Below, one piece after another: positions 47,389-57,993 of a DNA stretch of 64,000 bases (its first letter is position 1; each line of letters starts with the position of its first letter). The DNA comes from Candidatus Melainabacteria bacterium 17Bon1m (GTDB lineage Bacteria; Cyanobacteriota; Vampirovibrionia; Obscuribacterales; Obscuribacteraceae), in contig JAVLKG010000006.1 of NCBI GenBank assembly GCA_032128875.1, positions 314,828-378,827 of the forward strand, in the 5' to 3' direction. The notes under the pieces are model-generated. The model saw only the letters and a program-made list of their open reading frames with translations, had not been told where the DNA came from and searched no databases. Position numbers and translations under genes: made by a program.

Positions 47389-48453
47389 TTATGTATCATA
47401 ATCGCCGGTCCATGGAGGGTAGAAGACCAGATCTCCTGGCTCCATCGAGGTTTGATCTCCATACTCCTCGGTTGAACTGTCTAACATGCCAAATTTGTGT
47501 CCATCGACGATGACATCGAACAGTTTAATCGCGATGTTTCCATATTTGACTGAGTCAAGGCTCTCGATGTACGACATCATTACCTTCTCCGCTCTATCCA
47601 AAACTTCGCGCTCGCCATCTGCTGTTGCGCCAATTCTTTCTGCTTTGGTCTCTAGATGATTCCCTTTTGAATCAAACGTGTGCAAAATCGCGTACCAGTG
47701 TTTTCGCTGCTCCCATGATTCATCAGTTTTTTCATTGCTAAATTCAGCTGCTACACGCGCCCAAAACTGATTGCGTTTGCCAAATAACGAAGTCTTCTCT
47801 CCATAGGTTCCAATAAATTTTGAGTATCCGTAATCGGGATAGTAATTAACGGGGATAACCTTGGGCAGTGTTTTGGAGACGTAAGGTTCAAAGGATTCCT
47901 CAAGGTCTTCGTGAGGTAATTCGCGCTGTTTTTCCTGTGCCTTAATTAGCTGTTCATCTGTCTTTGGGAAATTTGAAAGCAATTCGTCGATTGAAACCAG
48001 AATTGAATTTGGCTTAAAGTCAGTTGTCCTCTCGATCTCAGTCGTCAACGAAGAAAAGACGTCTCGAAATTCGCGCACAAACTGCTCCAGTTTTTGACAA
48101 CCTTTGTTTTCATCCGGAACTAATCCGATGGTGCTGGCAAACTGTTTTGGGGAGCTGAATGGGAAAAACTTGCTTACATACTCGATCTTTAGCTTCTTGG
48201 TCGTTTTGTAGAACGAACACTTTGGTTTGCTAGGTAGCGTGTTGTTATAGTCGTCCAGAAATGATGGTTGAAACCCCGGAATGTCAGGCACTTCTGTAGC
48301 TCGAAATCTCACGGTTACATCTATTTCCAGGACGTCTTGCGAACCTGATATTTCGTGCAAGCGGAGCAGGTAGGGAATGAGTGACAGCAAATCATGTCCA
48401 CCGCCACCACTAACAGTCCAGTACATAAACGAAGCGTTCATTTGGGCACCCAA
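47389..48453 (-). CDS. Two-domain hypothetical protein
   Basis: 354-aa ORF; Trp/Tyr-rich C-terminal domain (KHWYAILHTFD..G.H, YGNIAI..F.V..DG..FG, PW.G.YDT). Confidence 0.7.
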   Translation of the reverse strand: MGAQMNASFMYWTVSGGGGHDLLSLIPYLLRLHEISGSQDVLEIDVTVRFRATEVPDIPGFQPSFLDDYNNTLPSKPKCSFYKTTKKLKIEYVSKFFPFSSPKQFASTIGLVPDENKGCQKLEQFVREFRDVFSSLTTEIERTTDFKPNSILVSIDELLSNFPKTDEQLIKAQEKQRELPHEDLEESFEPYVSKTLPKVIPVNYYPDYGYSKFIGTYGEKTSLFGKRNQFWARVAAEFSNEKTDESWEQRKHWYAILHTFDSKGNHLETKAERIGATADGEREVLDRAEKVMMSYIESLDSVKYGNIAIKLFDVIVDGHKFGMLDSSTEEYGDQTSMEPGDLVFYPPWTGDYDT

Positions 48454-48683
48454 TGGTTACTTTTCTGAATTGGTCTCGATTATAGAGTATCTGCTTGGTT
48501 ATTTTTGCAGCTCTCCTGTTACGCTAGGAGAATAAACCGAAGCGAAATTCAATTGACTACAAAAAATGACCAAAAACGCGGAAGGTGGCGTTTTACTGCT
48601 GTATAGGCTGCGCTCGGCTAACTAATCTTACACTGTCCAGATTCTTGAAGTTTCATAAGAAACGTTTGTATTCAATATGAGAG

Positions 48684-49259
48684 GTGAGAATAGTGAGATA
48701 TGAAGATGCGATAGGTCCTCTCGATACAGGTTGTTTATGGTCAACTCCTGAACTTCAGAAAGAAGCGCGAGAAATGGATGATAAGCGTAACGCAGATGAG
48801 GTGTGGCTCTCACTAAGCGTTTGTCATGACACTATGGATCCAGATCAGATCAGTGATATTTTCGAACTGGAGCCAGATGACGTTAAACGAGTCGGTGACA
48901 CAATTTTCCGAAACGAAAAGTATCACATAAAGTCGGACAGAACCATGTGGCATGCTGATACTAGTGAGTATTTGGACTGTAATTCATTTGAAGAACATCT
49001 CCGCTGGCTTTGCGAGCATTTGCATGGAAAGACGCCAGATATACATAGATTACTTGAAGAAGGATGCGAGATTGAGATTGTTGCGCACATCGATTTGATG
49101 TCATACGGAACATTTCCAAGTTTGAGTGTCGAAGCAATGAGGTTTTTGGCTCAGTTGCGCATTCCGCTTCGTTTCATAGTTCGTTATCTTAATGCAGTTG
49201 AGTTTCAAAAGGAAGAAACGACCGATGACGGTGAGTCGAGTAGCGGTCGTTTCTTTTGA
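48684..49259 (+). CDS. DUF4279-like protein
   Basis: DPD.IS..F.LEP......G, W, L..L...L pattern; start may be later. Confidence 0.7.
   Translation: MRIVRYEDAIGPLDTGCLWSTPELQKEAREMDDKRNADEVWLSLSVCHDTMDPDQISDIFELEPDDVKRVGDTIFRNEKYHIKSDRTMWHADTSEYLDCNSFEEHLRWLCEHLHGKTPDIHRLLEEGCEIEIVAHIDLMSYGTFPSLSVEAMRFLAQLRIPLRFIVRYLNAVEFQKEETTDDGESSSGRFF
49213..49255. terminator. Terminator-like hairpin, copy 3, overlapping the 3' end of the DUF4279-like CDS
   Basis: AAGAAACGACCG...GAGTAGCGGTCGTTTCTT. Confidence 0.6.
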
Positions 49260-49280
49260 TTACTTGCTTGTGTACTGAAC

Positions 49281-50012
49281 TTAGACTTGCGCGAATCCAC
49301 CGTCGACGCAGAGATCAATTCCGGTCACGTAGCTTGAATCGCTCGAAGCCAGAAAGAGAACTGCAGTTGCAATTTCTTCTGATTTGCCAATGCGGCCCAT
49401 TGGAACTTGACTGATAAACGCTTGCCGCATCTCATCGCTAATGCCTTCCAAGGCAGCGGTATCGATTGGACCTGGGCTGAGCAAATTAACGCGGATTTTG
49501 CGTTCTTTCAAATCATTCGTCCATGTGCGAACAAACGAACGCAACGCTGCTTTGCTTGCGTTGTAAACGCTGAAATTCGGAATGCCTTTGCGGTTTGCGA
49601 CAGACCCGTTGATGATGATGGAGGCACCATCTTTCAAGAGCGGAAGCGCCTTCTGAACTGTGAATAGTGTGCCTTTCACGTTGAGATCGAAAATCTTGTC
49701 ATAGTGCTCTTCGGTGATGCTGCCCAACTGTTGAAATTCGCCTTGCCCTGCACTGGCGAACAGCACGTCGATTGATCCTTTCTCGGCTTTGACTGTCTCG
49801 AATAGTTTGTCTAAATCTGCGAGATTTGCTGCGTCTCCCTGGATACCCTTGACGTTCTTGCCAATTGCTTTGACCGCTTCGTCGAGATGTCCTTGTCTGC
49901 GACCGGTGATGTATACGTATGCGCCTTCTTCTACAAATAATTTTGCTGTCGCGAGCGCCATTCCCGACGTCGCGCCGGTGATGACCGCAACTTTGCCTTC
50001 AAGTTTTCCCAT
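49281..50012 (-). CDS. Classical short-chain dehydrogenase/reductase
   Basis: [24 protein letters not shown]. Confidence 0.93.
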   Translation of the reverse strand: MGKLEGKVAVITGATSGMALATAKLFVEEGAYVYITGRRQGHLDEAVKAIGKNVKGIQGDAANLADLDKLFETVKAEKGSIDVLFASAGQGEFQQLGSITEEHYDKIFDLNVKGTLFTVQKALPLLKDGASIIINGSVANRKGIPNFSVYNASKAALRSFVRTWTNDLKERKIRVNLLSPGPIDTAALEGISDEMRQAFISQVPMGRIGKSEEIATAVLFLASSDSSYVTGIDLCVDGGFAQV

Positions 50013-50053
50013 TAGATGATTTGTCTCCTGCTTTCCGCTGGTTTGTTCGGAAC

Positions 50054-50082
50054 ATATTAGACCGGTCGGCTAGATTGGTCAA
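50054..50082 (-). promoter_or_regulatory. Sigma70-type promoter TTGACC-N17-TAATAT with an imperfect palindrome in the spacer
   Basis: Minus strand ttgacc aatctagccgaccggtc taatat; TAGACCGGTCGGCTA at 50058-50072. Confidence 0.65.
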
Positions 50083-50230
50083 GGGAAGAGTCAAGAACTG
50101 TAATGTCATATTATTTCAATGCTTTATCTGACCTGCTTTTAGCCCGTTCGGCACATGGAATGTTTGTTGAAACATGGACAGGATCTATGCCGGTTGGTAC
50201 GATGAAGTTTGACCCCGAATTTATTTAACT

Positions 50231-50434
50231 ATGAACAAGAAAGCGATTGCGAAGACAGCGTTATGTCAATACAAAAGCAGTGAATCAGTTTTTGTTGTGC
50301 AATCGCCCCTATTCGAAAGAGTCATCGGCGTCGGCGAGACTGAAGCGGAAGCGTGGCAACTCTTTGGAGAGGTGCTGGACGAAACCTATATCGCTTTTTT
50401 AGAGGGAACTCTTGTCGGATTTCAAACTAGCTAA
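50231..50434 (+). CDS. Short HicB-like protein (N-terminal domain only)
   Basis: FVVQSP....IGVGETEAEAW....E.L...I pattern typical of the HicB N-domain. Confidence 0.55.
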   Translation: MNKKAIAKTALCQYKSSESVFVVQSPLFERVIGVGETEAEAWQLFGEVLDETYIAFLEGTLVGFQTS

Positions 50435-51881
50435 AGCTTTCGGTTCGCATTTCATAGCGTTTCTTTTCTCAACCCGAAGTGGCGATAAGAACACCCCGGC
50501 GCCGCTGACGCGCAGCTCAGTCCATCGATTGTTTTGGACTTGTGCAGTTTGTATGTGCCTATTTCTCTGCACCCCATCACATTGCGACGCTCAAAATTCA
50601 AATGCGAAGGTCATTTGGGAAGACTATCATATGGGCGATGAATCCCGCGAATGCACTTGGGAAAATTTTCGGAAAGAGAAGAGACGGTCAAAGCTTGATT
50701 TAGACTCCAAGATTTATCCCGGTTTCGAAAACGCAAAAGCTTATGAAACAACGTACTTCGACAATCGCATGTACATTTATGGTGCTTACAAACACAGTAA
50801 TATTGAAGGTCCGAATTCTGCTGTCGTCATTTGGTGGCTCCTTCGGTACGCGGATCAGTTAGATCGTGGGCAAGCTACAAATTTCGGAGCGGTTCTCTCA
50901 GATGTGAACAGTAGAGTGCAAAGGTTTTCGATTGAAGAGCAAAATAAAGTTCTTACACTCCTGGCTACGTATCCATCTGTGATGTTGCATACTGATAGAG
51001 AAATCAATGCAATTCCGCTTGTTTACACTGTTCTGGGATTATGTGACAAGCCTGGGATTGAAGTAGATAAGGACCTTGCAAATAGATTACGTTGCATCGA
51101 ACGAAATTTTTGTGGCAGTTGGGAACAGGTGACTTCAGACTCGCGTCGCAACAAATGCGTTTTAGATGTCACTAAAAAGTCAGTAGAATTATTCGAGAAG
51201 TTAGATCCTAAGTCTAAACTGGCGGTGATTGCGCACGAACATCTTGCCCGAGTTTTTGGTGACGAAAATCAAAAGGGAGATGAGAGTGCCGAATACCTAA
51301 AAGTGTTGCAGTTGAATTTGGAAGGTGTTCAGGGCGAGTACCGACCAGGAACTGTATTGCGCATGCTTATGGAGCTATACATAAGCGAGCAGCAATATTC
51401 GGAGCTATCCCCTGCATTCAAAAAATACTCTACTTTCCTTACGAAGAGTAGCGAAGAATTTCGATGCGCGAAGCTTTTACAGGATGTTGTTAGAGCCGGC
51501 GCTTACACCGCTGCAATCGACGTCGGTCCATTGATTTTTTCTAGAATGGATTTCGAAGAACCTACGCCGCCAACACCTCCCAGACCAAACCAATTGCAGC
51601 AGACTGGTTGTGGTATGGTTCCAAAATGCTATTCGCAGCCGAGCTGGTATCTTTCTGGTTGGTTGAGCATAATGTGCGACGCTGGGACAAAAATAGAAGC
51701 CCAAAAACTCTACACGCAATGTATTTCTGCGGCGCTTCGGGCAAATAAGCAAAATACCAAAGAATTTAAACTGTCAGTCGATTGCGCGGACACTTATTCT
51801 CTCCGTAAGTCTGACGAAAAAGAGATGAGTTTTGAACCTAGTAGCGGCTCGAGATCTATTTCAGCAGCTGGTAGACGATGA
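50412..51881 (+). CDS. Hypothetical exported helical protein
   Basis: 489-aa ORF; signal-like segment after residue ~35, so the true start is probably later. Confidence 0.6.
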   Translation: MSDFKLAKAFGSHFIAFLFSTRSGDKNTPAPLTRSSVHRLFWTCAVCMCLFLCTPSHCDAQNSNAKVIWEDYHMGDESRECTWENFRKEKRRSKLDLDSKIYPGFENAKAYETTYFDNRMYIYGAYKHSNIEGPNSAVVIWWLLRYADQLDRGQATNFGAVLSDVNSRVQRFSIEEQNKVLTLLATYPSVMLHTDREINAIPLVYTVLGLCDKPGIEVDKDLANRLRCIERNFCGSWEQVTSDSRRNKCVLDVTKKSVELFEKLDPKSKLAVIAHEHLARVFGDENQKGDESAEYLKVLQLNLEGVQGEYRPGTVLRMLMELYISEQQYSELSPAFKKYSTFLTKSSEEFRCAKLLQDVVRAGAYTAAIDVGPLIFSRMDFEEPTPPTPPRPNQLQQTGCGMVPKCYSQPSWYLSGWLSIMCDAGTKIEAQKLYTQCISAALRANKQNTKEFKLSVDCADTYSLRKSDEKEMSFEPSSGSRSISAAGRR

Positions 51882-52602
51882 TGTCGTTGTCCAACAAACC
51901 GCGACCGGGTACGTATTTTAGAGAGTGCCTTTCTTCCCCATCGATGTTGACCACATATATTTGAGCGTTTTCGTCAAACAGTTTCCAATCGCCGGAAGCA
52001 CCATTGGTGGTGACAATCTTACCGTCCGCGGTGAACTTGCAATCTCCAAGCGGCTTTGTGTAGCCTGCTAGTTGTTTATACATTCCTGCGATGGGCGAAG
52101 CAGAAGAGCCGGTTTGATCAAAGGAAACAGCACCTGTAACCTCGATTTCATAGTTGCCACCCACTCGAAGCATTGCATTAGTCGGAGGTACCACGCTAAT
52201 CACGATTTTAGTTTGTGCCTTAGGAGCGCCTTCAAACGTCGTGTCGACCGGCGTGCCTTGCGACATCAGTACTTTACTTGTGTGCCAAGTATTGGCAGCA
52301 TCGGACATCGTGAATGTAACTGCCGTCTTTGGCGCAGTTCCATAAATGCCCATTGCGCTGAAGGTGACGTGAACCTTGCTGGCGCCAGGCTGGGCTGTAT
52401 AAGTCCAGTAATGAGGTCCAACGAGGGCATCTACCAGTCCTCGATTTATACCCGGCTTCAGGGGTGTCGGCGCATCGGCTTTTAGCGACTGCGCTGGCGA
52501 GCTAGTTGTACTGATTCCGAAGGCAAGAGCAAGGACGGCAAATTTCATCACGCGGCGAAAACGTGGAGAAGACGAGCGAAAATTTCTATATCTGAACATC
52601 AT
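51856..52602 (-). CDS. Exported beta-rich hypothetical protein
   Basis: Signal peptide MKFAVLALAFG...PAQ. Confidence 0.7.
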   Translation of the reverse strand: MMFRYRNFRSSSPRFRRVMKFAVLALAFGISTTSSPAQSLKADAPTPLKPGINRGLVDALVGPHYWTYTAQPGASKVHVTFSAMGIYGTAPKTAVTFTMSDAANTWHTSKVLMSQGTPVDTTFEGAPKAQTKIVISVVPPTNAMLRVGGNYEIEVTGAVSFDQTGSSASPIAGMYKQLAGYTKPLGDCKFTADGKIVTTNGASGDWKLFDENAQIYVVNIDGEERHSLKYVPGRGLLDNDIIVYQLLK

Positions 52603-52677
52603 GTACCTACTAATTACAACAGCAAAAATGTCTCATAAGTGCCTCACTGCAGGAGTACAGAAATTAGGAGGGAATTT

Positions 52678-53286
52678 TTACTGTTTTTCCTGGCTTGGTT
52701 TTACATCAAGATTGTCAACGGAAAAGAAGAAGTGACTTTCCGGAATTTGTGGGAACAGCTCATAGTCGCCAGTTGAAATGACTTTCAGATGACAAAGCGT
52801 CCCCGTGGCCGTTATAACGTCGCCTTCCTTAATTGGAATGAGCAATTTATGCAACCTTTGTTCTCTGATTTCAGAGTGTTCGTCTGATTTCGCACCTCCG
52901 CCGATAGTTTCAACTGAAATAGAGATTGCATCTGGATTTTTTCTATCGCGTTTTACCGCGTAACGAAGAATCAGTTCGCTGTTCTGCGGAACCGGCAGCG
53001 ACTTAAATGCAATAACCATTTTTGTCTTTTCGTCTTGAATGCCAAATCTAGGGGTTCTTCGAGGAGTCAGCTTTCCGCTAATCGAAACCCGTTTGCCAAT
53101 CTGTTTTCTTAGTTCCGCACCATGAACACTGTTGATATCCTGCGTATCAATTTTTACTCTGAGGCGATGCGTGCTGGCCGCTTCCTTTTGTTGCTTTGCA
53201 GATACCTCTGTTTGCAATAAATGCGCCGTAAAAACCAGTGAACATGCGATCACGACTATAAGTCTTGCCGAAGGAAGAATCTTCAT
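52678..53286 (-). CDS. Exported hypothetical protein
   Basis: Signal peptide; 202-aa ORF. Confidence 0.6.
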   Translation of the reverse strand: MKILPSARLIVVIACSLVFTAHLLQTEVSAKQQKEAASTHRLRVKIDTQDINSVHGAELRKQIGKRVSISGKLTPRRTPRFGIQDEKTKMVIAFKSLPVPQNSELILRYAVKRDRKNPDAISISVETIGGGAKSDEHSEIREQRLHKLLIPIKEGDVITATGTLCHLKVISTGDYELFPQIPESHFFFSVDNLDVKPSQEKQ

Positions 53287-53377
53287 ACCTTGTTTGCCCT
53301 ACAATGGTCTTTCTATGCCTAGCCGTTTCATCAGATCAAAGTGTCGCTTCTCTGCTATGCCTCGCATGAAGTATGCG

Positions 53378-54661
53378 CTAATCCCGAGTCGTGTTGTGCT
53401 GGAGGAGACTGCGTGTATTGTCACTTTCTTTCGACTTCATGTTCATTCTCACTATATTCAAGTTTTCGGAACACAGCTTGTAGTTTGGATCGATTTGAAG
53501 TGCTTTGAGGAAGTATTCTTCCGCCATTTGATATTCGCCCATGTTCAAGCATAAAACACCTCGGTTATTTAGGCATATAACCTGGTTCGTTCGGCTTGGT
53601 GGAGTTTGTAGTGCCGTGGGATTTTTTTTCCAAATTGCGAGTACGCGTTTGAACAGGACCCTATCTTCCGTGTTTTGTCTAGCTTTTATTCCAATCAGTC
53701 CTCTTAAGTTTGACTCTAGCAAAGGGTCGTCTGGAGCCAAATACGTATCTCTGATTGCGAGAGCACGTCGCAAACATTGTTCGCCTTTCGAGAAATAGTC
53801 GTACATCCAGTACATGTGACTCTGCTCGTCAAGGATTTGAGTTGCAGTTTTACTGTTCGTGCCCTCTGATTTTTCGCAGATAGCTAAAGCTTTTTCCAAC
53901 AGGTTTTCAGCATCAACAAACGCGGGATTTTTGCGCGGCTCGGCTGGTTTAGGATCGAGATCAAACGCTCTCTCATATATACAATGTGCAATATTTTTCA
54001 TCGTGATCGCGACTGATGGACTTTCAGCGCCGAACTTTTTCTGCTCAATCTTTAGAATTCGTCTGTAAATCTCCTCTTCCATGAGGTAATTGCGGTGTCT
54101 TTCTTCTAACCAAGCTTGCTTCGATAGTACTTGAACAACATCTGTATGATCTGTCCCTAGTTTCCTTTCTCGAATTTCCAAAGCTCTTTTGTAAAGCCGA
54201 TCAGCGGTTGCAAACCGCTCTTCTTTACAGCAGGCATCCGCTTCGCGCATTAAACTTGTAGCGATCAAAAGTTCGTTTGCGTTAGCGTTTTGTTCGCTGC
54301 AGGCAGCCATCGCAAATAGATTTTCCGCATCGTCGAAATTTCCAAGCCTAAACGAAGCCTCGCCGGCCTCCATGAGATTCTGCCAGGTGCTATCCATGCC
54401 AGGCTTTACTTTTTCAGAAGCTCTCAAGGCAGGCGCACCTTCTCCGAAAATGACAGACGCAAAGATGGCAAAGGAAAAGACAAGTAAGGGTGTCCATTGA
54501 ATTCGACATCGTTTCATGTGCTTAGCGATACTCCATTTCGGTCGTCTCTCGCGCCCGTAAGGCAAAGCTGGCAATTGGACTTCTTGTTTGACAGTTATGA
54601 GCCGAGTTTTGAGACATCCAGAATTCGAATGAATCGGCTGAGTATGGGGTCTTATCTTCAT
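53378..54661 (-). CDS. TPR protein (kinesin-light-chain-like repeats), exported
   Basis: YKRALEIRERKLGTDH-type repeats; true start probably near 54517. Confidence 0.85.
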   Translation of the reverse strand: MKIRPHTQPIHSNSGCLKTRLITVKQEVQLPALPYGRERRPKWSIAKHMKRCRIQWTPLLVFSFAIFASVIFGEGAPALRASEKVKPGMDSTWQNLMEAGEASFRLGNFDDAENLFAMAACSEQNANANELLIATSLMREADACCKEERFATADRLYKRALEIRERKLGTDHTDVVQVLSKQAWLEERHRNYLMEEEIYRRILKIEQKKFGAESPSVAITMKNIAHCIYERAFDLDPKPAEPRKNPAFVDAENLLEKALAICEKSEGTNSKTATQILDEQSHMYWMYDYFSKGEQCLRRALAIRDTYLAPDDPLLESNLRGLIGIKARQNTEDRVLFKRVLAIWKKNPTALQTPPSRTNQVICLNNRGVLCLNMGEYQMAEEYFLKALQIDPNYKLCSENLNIVRMNMKSKESDNTRSLLQHNTTRD

Positions 54662-54733
54662 TCTAACGGTATAGTCCGAGGAAAGTTATGCAAGTGTCTA
54701 ATTGACGATTGAATTGCTCTGCTTGATAATCAA

Positions 54734-55024
54734 ATGAGTAGTTCCACAGGCTTAGAAGCAACGATGCACGGCAGTGGTAAAGGCTGGACTCGCATTTGTT
54801 TTTTGACCACCATAGTTTGCTTCTTCTTGGGAATAGTTATTGGACTTCTGGAGTTTCATCCATTAACGATCGTGATTGATGAATGCATTGGTTATCGTTT
54901 AAATGAGAAAACTCAATACCGCCAGCGGGGTAGGTTATTTGGTTTGCTTCCTGTTGAAGTACGTTATTACGCCGTGACGAAAGACGGCGAAAAGTTGCAA
55001 GCCGAACGATTGCGTCGTTATTAA
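54734..55024 (+). CDS. Small single-TM hypothetical protein
   Basis: 96-aa ORF with one hydrophobic helix. Confidence 0.45.
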   Translation: MSSSTGLEATMHGSGKGWTRICFLTTIVCFFLGIVIGLLEFHPLTIVIDECIGYRLNEKTQYRQRGRLFGLLPVEVRYYAVTKDGEKLQAERLRRY

Positions 55025-55153
55025 TCAAGACAAAGCGAGAAGTAAAGCAAATGGGAGTTCAGTGCGAAGCTCGCCACCCACTCTCGTTTACAAAGCAGGA
55101 GAGCGATTGACCAGCGTTTTGCACCAACAGGAATAAGGTAACCGACACTAACA

Positions 55154-56557
55154 GTGGAAGAGAGTTCCAACCAATCCTCGACGCATTCAAATGAATTGCC
55201 GCTTTCTGACGATGCGCCGCTCGTCTCTGGCAGCTTGTGGAAATCTATTTGGGTTATGTCCTGGCCGCTATTGGTGGCGACCGTTGCCAGCTCGATAGTC
55301 GCGCTCGTGAATGTGCAAGTTGCTGGGCTGCTGGGTGCCGCTTCGCAGGCTGCTGTCGGTGTCGCGGAGCAGATTATATTTATGTTCCAGGTGTTTCTGA
55401 TGTCCGTAGGAGTCGGGACCACTGCCATCGTTTCGCGGGCTTACGGTGCGAAGGATGTTGCCGAGTCAGATTTCGCAACGGCGCAATCTCTTTCGCTCTC
55501 GATCCTTATTGGAGTCGCGTTGTCGGTTACAGCGATTCTGACAGCGCACTGGATTATTCCGCTGTTCAGCGAGGCTGCTGATGTGAATAAGCAGAGTGAT
55601 TTTTACCTGACAGTGTACGCACTGTATTTGGTGCCATTCAGTTTAGTGTGTATTGCCAATGCTGCATTTAGAGCAATAGGAAACGCGCGCATTCCTCTGA
55701 TCATCATTTGCATCGAAGTGGCTATCAATATAGCGGGTGACTATTTGACGGTTGTCTATGGATGGCCGGTCCCGGGTTTGGGTGTGCGAGGCATAGCTGC
55801 GTCCGCGGTCGCCGGCGCATTGGTTGCTGCTGTTGCTGCCATCATTTTTGTGCGTCGATCGCAATTGAAAGGCAGCTTGAATCAGCTGCTGCCCCTCTCC
55901 GCTTCGTTTCTCAAGCGCATAATCAACATTGGAGTGCCAGCCGCGTTGCAGCGTTTGAGCTGGGCTTTCAGCGTATTCGGGTTGTTTTTCATACTTTCGA
56001 AGGTTGCGAATCCAACTGCTGCATTGGCTGCGTGGACAATTGGTATGCGTGTCGAAGCGCTATTGTTCATGCCGGAACTCGCATTGAGTATAGCTGTGAG
56101 TTCGATTGTCGGGCAAAACCTCGGTGCGGGTAAAGTTGACAGAGCTTTTCGTGCAGGTTGGGCAGTGTGCGGCATAGCAGTGTTGATGATGGGAACCGTA
56201 TGCGTCGGCGAATTTATCTTTGCTCGCCAGTTAGCAGAGATGATGTGCGCAGATGACCTTGCCACCATTGAGGCCACTACGAGTTTTCTTCAGATAAATG
56301 CAATTGGTGCCGTTTTTCAAGGGATAAATGCTGTAATCAGCGGTGCTCTGCAAGGAGCTGGCGACACCAAAATAACGATGTGGATTTCGATTGTGTGCTA
56401 TTGGATAATCCGATTGCCGCTGGCTTGGATGCTGGTTGTGGGTTTGGGCATGGGCGCGAGCGGTGCCTGGATATCGATGGCAGCTTCTGCGACGATTTCG
56501 GCAATTGCAATGTCGGTGCGATTCCAGACTGGCGGTTGGGTGCATCGAAGGATTTAG
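55154..56557 (+). CDS. MATE family efflux transporter
   Basis: About 12 TMs; SRAYGA, RAIGNAR.P, GQNLGAG, QGAGDT. Confidence 0.93.
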   Translation: MEESSNQSSTHSNELPLSDDAPLVSGSLWKSIWVMSWPLLVATVASSIVALVNVQVAGLLGAASQAAVGVAEQIIFMFQVFLMSVGVGTTAIVSRAYGAKDVAESDFATAQSLSLSILIGVALSVTAILTAHWIIPLFSEAADVNKQSDFYLTVYALYLVPFSLVCIANAAFRAIGNARIPLIIICIEVAINIAGDYLTVVYGWPVPGLGVRGIAASAVAGALVAAVAAIIFVRRSQLKGSLNQLLPLSASFLKRIINIGVPAALQRLSWAFSVFGLFFILSKVANPTAALAAWTIGMRVEALLFMPELALSIAVSSIVGQNLGAGKVDRAFRAGWAVCGIAVLMMGTVCVGEFIFARQLAEMMCADDLATIEATTSFLQINAIGAVFQGINAVISGALQGAGDTKITMWISIVCYWIIRLPLAWMLVVGLGMGASGAWISMAASATISAIAMSVRFQTGGWVHRRI

Positions 56558-56566
56558 AGGGGACTG

Positions 56567-57012
56567 CTAATCGCTGCTCGAAACGCTTGCGCCAGAAGCC
56601 ATCGCCACGAAAAACCTGATCAAAATTGGAATGGCCGTGCAAATCAAATAGAGCACGACAGCATCGCTCCATCCTTTATTTACGACAGCATCAGACGGAT
56701 GAGATGGGTTGTAATAGACGGTTTCTTGCTTGCCTATTGCCTGATCGACGCCGTTTATGACTGTTCTTCCCTGCCCCGGATGAAACGAACTGTGCCCACC
56801 CAATCGCTTGGCGAAAATGTCTACGATGTTCTCGTTTGAGGTTGTGTAGACCTTCTTATTGGCTTCATAAGTCATCGTTCGATCGTTGACTTCGTTCTTT
56901 GTCACGACCGCTACAGTCGGCGACCAGTGGTTGGTCTCGTTTGCCAAACCGCACAGAGAGATGCCGAAGAACAGATAGAAAACGATGTAGGCGAGAAAGA
57001 CAAAGTTGCGCA

Positions 57013-57013
<1 letters not shown>
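56567..57013 (-). CDS. DUF3592-like membrane protein
   Basis: TM - W..T.A.V ... V.YNP..P..AV - TM; TAATG overlap with the upstream gene. Confidence 0.7.
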
Positions 57014-57735
<722 letters not shown>

Positions 57736-57993
57736 GTCCGACGAACAGTAAAACGTGACTCAGTCGACCGAATGTACAAATTATAGATGTTCTTGGCAAT
57801 CCGCAATTAAGCCATTATTAGAATGCTGGTACCTTTGTCACCATAAACATTTACAGTTTTTTCGGATTCAGATAGATTTAGCGGCGCCTTCCCGATCAAC
57901 GGTTCTTATCTCTAGCGATTATTTCGTCCCAATCAGCTTTAAACGCGTGGAAGTAATCAACACGTCTTTATTGGTAGTATTGATGAAATTCCT

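Noticed and set aside
46081-49255. attC sites of an integron cassette array
   Set aside because: The elements are only about 40 bp, lack RYYYAAC/GTTRRRY boxes, the genes are in mixed orientation, and no integrase is present.
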